A DNA stretch of 64,000 nt. It comes from Sphagnum compactum (lineage: Eukaryota). Below are positions 38,161 to 48,620 of this stretch, one piece after another (within the stretch, counting starts at the first letter, position 1; each line of letters opens with the position of its first letter). The DNA lies in assembly GCA_965153455.1 (NCBI GenBank), contig OZ234493.1, forward strand, positions 14,312,213 to 14,376,212. Direction: 5' to 3'. The notes beneath the pieces are model-generated. The model was not told the DNA's origin. It saw only the letters and a list, made by a program, of their open reading frames with translations, and searched no databases. The translations under genes were made by a program, and so were the position numbers.

Positions 38161-40155
38161 TCAAACTGGTTTTCTGAATTTCTTCTTCCTCAAAGAAGTT
38201 GCAGTAGAAGCAACAGAATCAACATCATCATCATCTTCTACTACTACATCACCACCATCTCTAGCAGCTCTTGTTGTTGTTGTTGTTGTTGTTGCAAGTG
38301 CTGCAGGAGGTGCTGCAATATGATTCCAGTCTTTTCTTCTCCTTCCACTCATCTTTGGAGAAGACTTCAGGAGCTTGAGCTGTGTAGCTGCTACTGCTGC
38401 TGCTGCACACTGTGATGATGATTTCAGTACCCTGGTCTGAGCTCCTTGTCCACCACTAGTACTGAAATGGGAACAAAGCTTGTACTTGGAAGCAGCAGCA
38501 GACAAAGAAGGAGGAGCTCTTCTTCCTGCTGCTGCTGCAACAGGAGGTGTTGTTGCTGCAGCAGCACAGCTTCCCACGCTCTCATCCTCTCCGGCCGCCA
38601 GATTCATGTCTTTCTCGACACTTTTGTCGTAGTAGTCCTGTTTGCAGTTCATCTGCAAGCCTCCGGCAAAGACCTGCTTCTTCCAGAAAGCTAAACGACG
38701 AGTGCTGTACAAGCGTGAGTACTTGAACTTGGACATACTCCCAGGTGACTGAAGATCAAGCTCCGAGGCCGAGGAGCTTGTGGTTGCAGTCCAAGAATGT
38801 CGCAAAGAATCGGGACCAGCAGCTGCTCTGGAATCGGCTGCTCCTGTTGTGCACATGGCGATGGTGCTTTGGACGCTGGATTGGGATCGACTCCCGGCTG
38901 GGACGTTGCGGGAATAGCTTGAGTCGTTGTCGAAGATGCGGTTGTCGCCGCGATGAGGTCCATGATTCGTGACACCACCCATGCGTGCAGCTCGCTCCAG
39001 CCAGCTCCATACCCATCCCGGCTTGTCAGGCGTCCTCGCAGCTTCCTTGCTGATCGGCCATAGCTGCTCGCCTGCAGCAGCTCCAAGACCTAATTTCCGG
39101 CGCGCTGCAGATGCATGCCTACTGCAGTTGTAGTACCTTCGGATGGAATGCGCGTACTTCAAGGCTCTTTCCCTCTTCATCAGAGCTCGCTCCTTGTCGC
39201 GGATCAGCGCTTGACAGTCCTGTGCACTGCGCGTACTCGCATTCCATCCCGCGTGCTTCATCCCTGCCGAAACTCGAGCTGGAGGACGAGCGGGATGTAA
39301 TTTTCTCGGTATCCGTCGAGCAGTACGGGGGTACTCCGTTCTCGACATCCGCGTGCTCGCTGTTCGAGTACTACTCGGCTGCTGCTGCTGAAGCTCCAGA
39401 TCCTTTCCCACCCAGCTCCTGAAGATCAGACGACCAGCTTGAGACGAAGAAGAAGAATCCGTCCGCGACCCAGTTGCACATTCAACTCCGCCGCGAGCTT
39501 CAGATTTCTCTAGCTTCGCATGGCCGCGGGATCTCCTCCATGCCACTGACTCTGAAAGCTTTCCAACTGCGACACCGCGACACCCATGACTTGTGCCTAC
39601 TGCAGTAGTATCACAACAGTCTGCTAGTTCCGCTCCAGCAGCTCTAGCTGCAGTGAGCCCAAGCTGCTTTCGCACAGCTGCAGGCGCCCCTGACGACCTG
39701 TGGACATGCTTAAACGCAGCTGCGCCACTATGCTGAAGGCCACTGGCCGCTGGACATGGGGCTGCAGCTGCTCTCGGAGCTACATTGCAGGGAAGCCGAA
39801 GATCCGGTGACGCATTCGGAAGTTCAAGCTCTTCCGCAAGCGACCTGTGTCTGTGCAGCTTAAGCGGAAGTACCTTGCACACAGCATCACGGTCTTCCTG
39901 CAGCTGCTCTTCGTCAACATACTCAAAGATGCTGTTGTACGTCGAACACTGGCGGGCGCACTGAGAAGAAGAAGAAGCCATAGCAGCTGCCTGAGCATCG
40001 AGTCGAGATTGTCCCGTAGTTGAAACCTGTGTGGTGTCTTCAGTGTCCTCGAATGTAGCTGTGCCCATACAGCTGCATTGCTGCACTTGCTTCTTCAGAG
40101 CAGCCCATGAACTGCCAAACTTCTTCTTCCTCCGCATGGCTGCTGCACAAACCAC
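38161..40155 (-). CDS. IQD (IQ67-domain family)-related protein, 664 aa, single long coding exon, no recognisable IQ motif
   Basis: Intact GC-rich ORF. N-terminal MRRKKKFGSSWAALKK resembles IQD MGKKGSWFSAVKK. GWNASTRSAQD...KERALMKRERALKYAHS and PDKPGWVWSWLER match the IQD post-IQ67 motifs (W..S..S...AAMKRERALAYAFS, W.WSWLERW). The C-terminus is basic. Confidence 0.8.
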   Translation of the reverse strand: MVCAAAMRRKKKFGSSWAALKKQVQQCSCMGTATFEDTEDTTQVSTTGQSRLDAQAAAMASSSSQCARQCSTYNSIFEYVDEEQLQEDRDAVCKVLPLKLHRHRSLAEELELPNASPDLRLPCNVAPRAAAAPCPAASGLQHSGAAAFKHVHRSSGAPAAVRKQLGLTAARAAGAELADCCDTTAVGTSHGCRGVAVGKLSESVAWRRSRGHAKLEKSEARGGVECATGSRTDSSSSSQAGRLIFRSWVGKDLELQQQQPSSTRTASTRMSRTEYPRTARRIPRKLHPARPPARVSAGMKHAGWNASTRSAQDCQALIRDKERALMKRERALKYAHSIRRYYNCSRHASAARRKLGLGAAAGEQLWPISKEAARTPDKPGWVWSWLERAARMGGVTNHGPHRGDNRIFDNDSSYSRNVPAGSRSQSSVQSTIAMCTTGAADSRAAAGPDSLRHSWTATTSSSASELDLQSPGSMSKFKYSRLYSTRRLAFWKKQVFAGGLQMNCKQDYYDKSVEKDMNLAAGEDESVGSCAAAATTPPVAAAAGRRAPPSLSAAASKYKLCSHFSTSGGQGAQTRVLKSSSQCAAAAVAATQLKLLKSSPKMSGRRRKDWNHIAAPPAALATTTTTTTRAARDGGDVVVEDDDDVDSVASTATSLRKKKFRKPV

Positions 40156-40936
40156 CTTGGAGTACTTGGATCAGCTTCCTTAGACTCCGCTAGCTGCTAT
40201 CAGTCGACGACGACGCTTGCAGCAAACTGTCGACTTTCATCCCAGTACAATCCTTGTCCAATTCAGCTCCCCGACCTACAACAACTCGAAAGTCCCAGGG
40301 ATCGATGCTGAAGTAGCGCCGCGAGCTGGAATCTCAAATTCTTCTTGTCCTCTTCCTGTAGACCAAGGATTTTGTGAACTTGGGTAAACTGCTCATCATG
40401 CATTTGAAGACTTATAAGAGTCTCGGCAATTCACTGAGCCAAGCGAGAAAAGGGGGGGGGGAAAGAAGCAAGAATTGAACTCGAAGAAGAGAAGTTGCAA
40501 GGAATTCCCTTGAAGAAGATTGCAGCAGCAACAGGAAGGAAGAGGGATATTGCAGCAGCAAGTAAGCAAGCAACAGAGAGACTGCTGCTTTGCTTTCGAG
40601 TGCTGTAAATAATACTGACAGCAACTACGACAAATGAAAGCTCTAGAGCCCAAAAGAGACGACAAAAGAAAGAAAGAAAGAAAGAAAGCAGATGCTGCTT
40701 GTCTTGGCATGCGGTCTTCTGTGGATTTCTGCAGAGAGCTCTGGAGTCTCTTTCTGCAGCTGCGACTCCTCCGCCTCCAGACCAAAATTGGATTGCGCGC
40801 CAGCCCTGAGCCAGGCACCCAGCGTACGAGTGCGAGCGCGCACTGGGGTGTGGAAGGAAGACAAGCCTTTTGTCGCACTCGAGTCTCGCGCGCGTAATAA
40901 CTCGCCGCAGCAGAGTGCAGAAACCAAAGCAGTCCT

Positions 40937-41276
40937 TAATTCGTGTCAGTGATGAACTTACTAATCAGCTCACTTTCCAAATTAGTGTCAGTAAAGTAAC
41001 TTACTAATCAGGTGAATTTGAATTAGTGCCAAAAAGTAACTTACTAATCAGGACTTTTTAATTAGTGTCAATAAGTAACTTACTAATCAGGTGATTTATA
41101 ATCAGTGTCGGTAATGAACTTACTAATCAGCTCATTTTTATTAGTGTCGTGAAGTAGCTTACTAAATCAGGTGAATGCCAAAAAGTAACTTACTAATCAG
41201 GTCAGTTTTAATTAGTATCAATAAGTAACTTACTAATCAGGTCAATTTTAATTAGTGTCAGTAAGTAACTTACTAG
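40937..41276. repeat. ~40-bp minisatellite, 9 units, core AAGTAACTTACTAATCAG, in the upstream region of the IQD-like gene
   Basis: Directly visible. Units follow AATTAGTGTCA(A/G)TAAGTAACTTACTAATCAG plus a 5-11 nt variable part. Confidence 0.92.
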
Positions 41277-43207
41277 TGATTAGGCCATTATTTTTTCGGG
41301 GGCGTAAAGTGGAATTTGAGACTCATTTGCAATTTTAAAAATCAAACTCACACTTTACTTTACATAACTTTTACATGTCTAATATTATTGGGTCTGAGTA
41401 AAGAAGTCTGGGAAAATCCACTCCAAATCTTTGCACTTTGTTTATGGCATAGTAGTATGGGGTCTTCATGTACAAAAGGAAATTTTCTCCCAGTGTTTTA
41501 GGCAACTTCTTAAACCCTAAATAATCCAAATGAAAACTTCCCATTTATTAATACATTTGTGTTACAATATTAGGTCTGGGTGATTCAATCCATAACCAGG
41601 TAATAAGTATGTTCTATTGTTTTCATTATTTCAAAAAAAATTCTATTTATGTTAGGATGAATTTCTCCACCAAGTGGCAAGGACACAACAGTATATATTA
41701 CTTCTATAATAATAATTGCTGTTGATTGAAATTTTAATAAATGCTATAAATTTAAAATCATGTGAACACATTTTTAAAAACTATTTTGGCGCTGCTTTTT
41801 TTAATCAACCATATGAAAGTATGTTTCTCTTTTGGAAAGAGTAGGCGCCTCTCAAGAAGTGACAAGATCTTGATCCACTGCAAATGCCCTCATATACACA
41901 TTGACCTATATCTTTGAATGATAAAACCCATATATGAACATGCATTATAAATTTCAGCAACATATAATGTTATAAAAAACTTTATGAATATGTTACAATC
42001 ACAAATCTACATATAACATTAAGGAAAGGTTAAATTTGGATACCACAGCCTGTCTTCATGCCATTTGATAAGTGACAATGGTGCACACTCCAAGTGTTCC
42101 TATAACCAATTCAAGTGGAGGGGTATTGGACCTTGGTGTAACTGTCCATGTTTGAAAGATTTTTCCCAGTGTTGATCTCCATAGTGTTGTGCCATTGATG
42201 TTAATATCAACACCAAATATACCTGTTTCAAACCTTTGAGAAAAACAGAGAAAGTTTGGAATGAATATAAAAGATTATGAGTTACAATAATACCAATCAT
42301 GCATAACAATAGACCAAAATTCAAGACTTAACAAACACACACAACCTCTTTCTTATGTTACGGTCAAGGAATATACCTATTTATGACTTCCCACATATTC
42401 TGCCTGTACATCCAAAACCCAAGCAGCAGTTATTTTATGATTGTTGATTTGTAGCATTTCCAGTTAGAAAATGTTGAGCTCTTCATATGGCTACAATTGA
42501 GCAGTTTGAGTCTGAGAATTACCTGTGGTGTGGGAGACTGTACGAGCCTGATATCTCACAGTTGCTAATGTCCACAGAAATCAATTCCATGCAAGTAACT
42601 ACATTTGCACCTGCATCTGAAGGGGCAGAAATGTCCAGAAAATAATCAAGTGACATCAGCCTTAGGAGGCAGTCACTGCAGCACCATCCGCAGGAACCCA
42701 AAGGGACCTAGCAAGTACTCAGTGAAATGTTTTAGTCCACATTTCAATTGTTACCTCCTTTTCACACTACATAGGATAACAAATGATAGCCAGGACAACA
42801 ATTCCACATCTCCAATTGACCTACACATGCCTCTAAAACCATTCAGATACACTCAATCCAACCACTGCAAAGATATATTTACAATTGCTCAGATAATGGC
42901 ACCATGTTTACCATCAGAATCCAAGCGTTTTTGAAACCGAGGAAACTGGTGAACTCTAGTCCTGCGGTTCAAGTGGTGATTTTAAATATTTCAAAGAGTG
43001 CCAAACCCTAAATCTGCTGGTAACATCAACCTGGCAGCCAAAGAAAATGTCAGCTCTGGATTAAGACTGCTTGCTCTTTGGCTTTCATGAATCTGAAGGA
43101 TACATTCCCATGCACCTCAAGAAGAGGAACAACTCAAGAAGGACAGTGTGTGCAACCTCAACGGCTTGTCCCCAGCTCTAAATAGCAAATGAATTGACCT
43201 ACAGTTA

Positions 43208-45392
43208 TCATAGTGTAGATGAGGATTTTTGAGAAGTTGATGAAGGACAGTCATGCTTCCTTTTTACCCCCGCCTTCTTAGTTGGTTCATTACCATCAGA
43301 GTGCAACTCAAGAGTCGGATTGAATTTGAGAATCTCCAGTTCCTTTGCAGTACTTTCCATCATGGCTTTTGCTGCATCCTGCATCACAAGGATACACAAC
43401 AACAGTTACCAGACTTGTGAAGAAGAGCTTTGACAAAAAGAACTAGTTACCATATGATTGAAATGCTAAACACAGTACAAGCACTGAAGTTACAGCTTTA
43501 TCCAGCCTAACCTTCCAGGCTCCATCAACTTGTTAGAGCTTGCTACTAGTTAATGGAGTTTTGATGTTGAGCCCTTTGAAACGCATAGCAAGAAGGCTAG
43601 CAGTGCAAGCTGAATTGGCTCAAGAATCATCTGGAAACCAATGAAGCGAGAAAACTCTACATTTGAGAATTTGCTGCCCAGACCATCAACAGTAGAAGAC
43701 ACTGTCTCAGAAAGATTCCTCTTCGGCTTACCCGGGACAGTGCAAACTGTCGTATTCGCTCCCTGCAGACTTTGACCTCCATCTGTAAAGATCGCTGCTG
43801 TGCGATTGCATTCACAGGCTGCTGCTCAAGCATCTCCTGATGCCTTGCCCGCACAGCTTGCGGTTGCCACACTTGCACAGCCACCTCAGCCTGCCTGGTG
43901 TCACCAACAACACATAGAAGCTTATGTGTCAAACCCAAACTTCCCACGCACAAACAAAGAAAGGTCCTCCATTGTCCACTTGAATCCCCTAATTGAAACT
44001 GCACTTGTACTTTTGGACAACCAACTAGGGTTTGTAAACTGAAGATCAAAGAAAAATGGACACAACATTTCTGTCATCTTCCTTTCTCCATTGCACATAA
44101 TGACCTCCTTCTGCAAGTATCTGTAGAAGGCCACACAGATCTTCCATATACATCAAAGGCTTCCATGAAGCAGGGTTTGCAAAATGACAGGAAACTTCTG
44201 TCCATCTCTTTCTACAGGCATGTAGCAAAGAGGTTTGGTATTTTCCAATTGTGGCTGCATCTGCGCTGAGTTGACGTAGGTTTTTGCAAAATCAACATAG
44301 CCATGTGTCTCCATAGAAACCTTGGCTATGGATAAAACTGCCAATGGAAATTCGAATCAAGGGGCTTTTAATGAAGAGGTTTGATATTTTCCAGTTGTGG
44401 CTGCACCTAACCTTAGTTGGTGTAGGTTTTTGCAAATCAACATAGCCATGTGCCTCCATAGAAACCTTGGCTAAACTGCCAGTGAAAATTCGAATCAAGA
44501 CGATGTAATGAAGAAGTTTGGTTTTTCCAACAACATAGGTTTTTGCAGAATCAACGTAGCCATGTGTCTCCATAGAAACCTTGGCTATGGATAAAACTGC
44601 CAGTGGAAATTCGAATCAAGGGACCTGCAATGCAGAGGTTTGGTTCTTCCCAGTTGTGGCTGCATCCGGCCTGCATCGAAGTAGGTTTTTGCAGAATAGA
44701 CATAGCATTGTGTGGCCATACAAACCATGGCTATGGATAAAACTGCTAGCGGAAATTCGAATGTAGGGGAAAAAGGAATACCTTCCGTGCTCGAGATTCT
44801 TGAGCTCTGCAACGGTCTGAGACAATTTGCTACGCTCGTCAAGAAAGCGAGCATCGAATTGCTTTGCCTGTTTCTTCAAGACAGCCAAATGACTTTCCAC
44901 GCGCAGGATCTGCCGTCTACGTGCTGCCAACTTCGCATTCCTTACTTTCTCAAACCTGCTTTTCTCCCGCCATCCAGTATTGAGCAAAATCCACTGAAGG
45001 AAGGAAGAAACCCCAACCCACGAACCCAACCCTAACCAAGAAACCCTGACCCCAGTCCCTGAAAACAGAACTTGCTCGGATTGTTTTCGTTATATGTACC
45101 TGGCGCTATACAAAAGCTTCCAATTACGCGCCACTCTCCGTTTCACTGGAGCCACGGTCGCAGACACAGCAGCCGGAACGACGACGACGACGGCGTCGGC
45201 GGCGGCGGCCTCACCTTCGGGGTTCCCAAAGTCGTTTTGACATGCAAGTTGCCACAAAGAATCGAGGGACGAGAGGCGTCGCAAGCGTCGACATACTAAG
45301 GCCACAATGCACAAGTCTCTGTAATCTAACACTCTTCTCTCCACTCCACTTTTCAAAACTTCAGTCCATATCTCGTCAGGCAAACACCCCAT
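43208..45392 (-). CDS. SKIP24: F-box protein, SKIP24-like (exons 45392-45100, 44955-44782, 43894-43732, 43378-43208)
   Basis: F-box LPDEIWTEVL..DLCIVALVCRRLRRLSSLDSLW, then RFEKVRNAKLAARRRQILRVES, RQAEVAVQVWQPQAVR, LQMEVKVC and KELEILKFNP, matching the SKIP24 architecture. All introns are GT-AG and in phase (2, 2, 0). Confidence 0.88.
44220..44762. repeat. Four ~115-145-bp tandem repeats inside SKIP24-like intron 2
   Basis: TAGGTTTTTGCA..ATCAACATAGCCATGTG...CCATAGAAACCTTGGCTATGGATAAAACTGCC..GGAAATTCGAAT starts at ~44276, 44422, 44536 and 44681. Confidence 0.9.
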
Positions 45393-46384
45393 ACTCCTCC
45401 TGCTGTTTTCCCTTACACATTCGAACACAAAAAGCTTCAAATTCTTCTTCTTTTCCTTCTCCTATGGCATCCTCTCTCCTCTTTCCAACCTTTCCATCAG
45501 ATCCAAATCGTTTTACTTCGAACTAGAATTTTTTTTTTTCCTTTCAAGCTTCTGATGAAAGTTCTCATCAGCAACGACATCGGATTCCCATACTCGCTCG
45601 ATTGTGCAAGCAGCTGCGAAGAAGAAGACCTACGTGGCGGCGATGGCGGATATACGGGTTCCTTCTTGCCTGCGGGAGTGTAAAATAACCTCCGGGTACT
45701 AAGTTGCTCCACGACAGCATGGTGACTGTCTTCCGGGGTCCCTCCATTTCTGTGAGTTACTGATACCCTCCGGGCACCAAGTTGCTACATGGCGACGAAT
45801 GACTGAATGAACCTATCGCTTGCCTCCTATCGAACTTAGTACCCGGAACAACAATCTGAAAAATGAATGAATGTCCATGAATGGATGCACCCTGATGGAT
45901 GGATGGAAAGGGGGGGGGGGAATGAAAAAGGATGCAAACCATGGCCTTTGGAACCTTTTCAAAAAATCAAAGGAGATGAAGAGGTGTGCCTATTTGATAT
46001 TTTTGATAGTTATGGCGATTCATTTAACGAAGGTGTATTGCCAAATTCGATTTATACCTTCTCATTTGAGACTCTCACATATCAAGCTCAATTTTTGGGT
46101 AGTGGGTTTTCTCAGGTTTCAATGCAAGAGTGAATAAAATTCACAAATATTGGTTCCTCTTCTCCCCCCCCTCCCCTCCCCCGCAAAGCATAACACTTTG
46201 GATCAATCAATAGAGGGGACACAAACCATAAAGCTTTTACACACATTATTATTGCCATAGAGAAAGGACTTAATATATGACATTCTTAACAAAACTCTTG
46301 AGGCTTTGGATCAAAAGGCTTGGATAGTAGTTTTGGAAATTTTCCTCTATAGTTGTGTGTCAATCTTGCCTATCGATCGATCAT

Positions 46385-46610
46385 GTTGGTTGAAAGTTAA
46401 TACAAATATTATGATATTTGATTGAAAGCTAGTACTTATATTTTGAGATTTGATTGAAAATTAATACATATATCTTGAGATTTGATTGAAAGTATTTGTA
46501 TTTTCAAATTTGATTGAAAGTTAATACTCATATTTTGAGATTTGATTGAAAGTATTTGTATTTTCAAATTTGATTGAAAGTTAATACTCATATTTTGAGA
46601 TTTGATTTTG
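46385..46610. repeat. 30/60-bp AT-rich tandem repeat (ATTTGATTGAAAG core)
   Basis: Lines 46501 and 46561 are identical over most of a 60-bp period, and the core recurs every ~30 bp. Confidence 0.9.
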
Positions 46611-46732
46611 TGTGTTGTGTTGTGTTGCATTAACTATTGTTGTGACATGTGCAAAGGTTACAAAGTGCATAAAAGCAAAAGAGAACTAAGGGACTTGCAT
46701 TGTAGTCTATAACTTGCTTTTGAAGGGAGAAA

Positions 46733-47404
46733 ATGTCAAAGTGGACTCATGACTTGCATCCTATGACCGTGAAATTACATAAGACTCAACCTGAAATCTA
46801 CAGGGGAAGAAAGCTTGATAGAAAACCCGATTTCTATGATGAAGAAGTTGCATTAGATTTCTCACAATGTGATAATGATCCGGGCACATTTGCAGATCAC
46901 CCTGATTGGCTTTTTGATGTAGATCGTGCTGACTATCGCCAACGTAGAATCCAACAAATCCTTTGCAACGTTTTCAAGAAAGACCCAAATGAAAAATTTG
47001 CTCTTTTCCTTGAGCAAGTTTATTCAGTTGCAAATATGGCACTCAAGGACAATGCACTCTTGGCAAAAGTTGGAAATGATTGTGAAACTCTTGAAGATCG
47101 ATGGAATTTGCGTTTTGTACAAGGTTGTAAGTTACTAACAGGACAAATGGGGATTGGGTGGGGCCAGGAGTGGGAAAGTTTGTTAGCGAAATTGGTTCGT
47201 GAAGAATGTGACATTCTATCGCAAAAGGATCTTGTCTTTGTGGACTCGGATAAAAAAGTGCGCAAATCAAAGAGAGCATGGACCAAAGTCGAAGAAGATA
47301 CTATAGGGACTACTCAACTTGCATCATCTAGCTCATCAGCTCGTAAGTTCATCTTCATGTTTCCTTATGAATGTTTTGTGTTACAATACCATTTTACATG
47401 TTAA
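46733..47404 (+). CDS. Hypothetical protein (223-aa ORF; may be a first exon ending at the donor GCTC|GTAAGT ~47343)
   Basis: Uninterrupted ATG-initiated ORF with normal globular composition in otherwise AT-rich, stop-dense DNA. No family recognised. Confidence 0.5.
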   Translation: MSKWTHDLHPMTVKLHKTQPEIYRGRKLDRKPDFYDEEVALDFSQCDNDPGTFADHPDWLFDVDRADYRQRRIQQILCNVFKKDPNEKFALFLEQVYSVANMALKDNALLAKVGNDCETLEDRWNLRFVQGCKLLTGQMGIGWGQEWESLLAKLVREECDILSQKDLVFVDSDKKVRKSKRAWTKVEEDTIGTTQLASSSSSARKFIFMFPYECFVLQYHFTC

Positions 47405-48569
47405 ATCACAAGATGCGGCCCATGTTCACATAAAGAATTGTCCCTTTTCTTCTACAACACAAATTGCATCATTAAATAACACCTTTAGTGAATTGATAAA
47501 ATTCTTAACAAAAGGTTTTATAAGTAGATAGGTGGAAAGGAAAATAAGAAGCTACTACATAAATAGATGCATATAAATGATGATGATGTGGCTACTAGAT
47601 AAATAGATGCATATAAATGGTTAGTATGCATGTAAAAATTAATGAATTGGTAGTAGGTAGGTAGTAAAAATGATGACCTAATTAACCACAATACTAAAAC
47701 CTAATAGAAAAATGTTTGATGTACACCCACCATCCATCTTTCATAGTGTGGTAGTGGTCAAATTGGTTCACTAATTTGGCCATAAATGTAGAGGACAAGG
47801 TTGTTGTTAAAAGGAAAGATAGCAAGTAATAGTTGCTTTGATGCAAATCTCTAAGTTTGTCACTTTCTTGTGCAGCAATATATTGATCAATGCAGATCTA
47901 CAATGAGAGCGATTATTTTCAATCATGATTAAGCACATACTCAATTTTTGTAATATGTATACATGGTTTCCTTCCCATAATTGCATTCACATATGTGGAT
48001 ATGGGATGGAGATTACCTACATCCCCATTCAGTTTTGAACAATTGTTTAGTCTAATTTGTCACATAAGAAACAAAATGTCATGTAAAAACTCATTTAAGT
48101 TTAGGATCCACTCTTTGATCTAATTATATGTCTAATCCAAATGTTGGTGCACAACATTTGTTCCATTTTTTTTGGAATATTTTCACAAAGTTCCTATGAA
48201 TCCAATATCCAAACTTTTATATCTTATGGCCATAGGAGATTTATGAAGGAAACAAAATGAATATAAGGATTTGATCTTGGGTGAGTCCATGTTCATATGT
48301 ACACATGAACATGAGGTGGGTTTGTGAGGCGAAAGGTCTAAAAAAGTAAGTATGAAATTTTCATAATTTGCTTTCATCTTGCATCCAAACAATTTAAATT
48401 ATGTTGCATGGTCTCATGCATTTTCATGATGTTGTTTTGAACATGTTGAAATGGCAAAAGCCATTACGTAATAAATTTATTGTTTCCACTTTTATTGTGT
48501 TCTTGTTGTAATTGACAAACAATATTCAAAAGTATGGAAACAACTTCACAATTTTGTTATCTTAAAATA

Positions 48570-48571
<2 letters not shown>

Positions 48572-48618
<47 letters not shown>
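48572..48618. repeat. (TA)n microsatellite
   Basis: Directly visible. Confidence 0.95.

Positions 48619-48620
<2 letters not shown>

Noticed and set aside
40396..40952. Several 70-160 aa ORFs upstream of the IQD-like gene
   Set aside because: Low-complexity 5' UTR or promoter sequence that is open in many frames on both strands.
40937..41276. CRISPR array
   Set aside because: The variable parts are only 5-11 nt and related to each other, units duplicate in blocks, there are no cas genes, and the context is a eukaryotic gene region.
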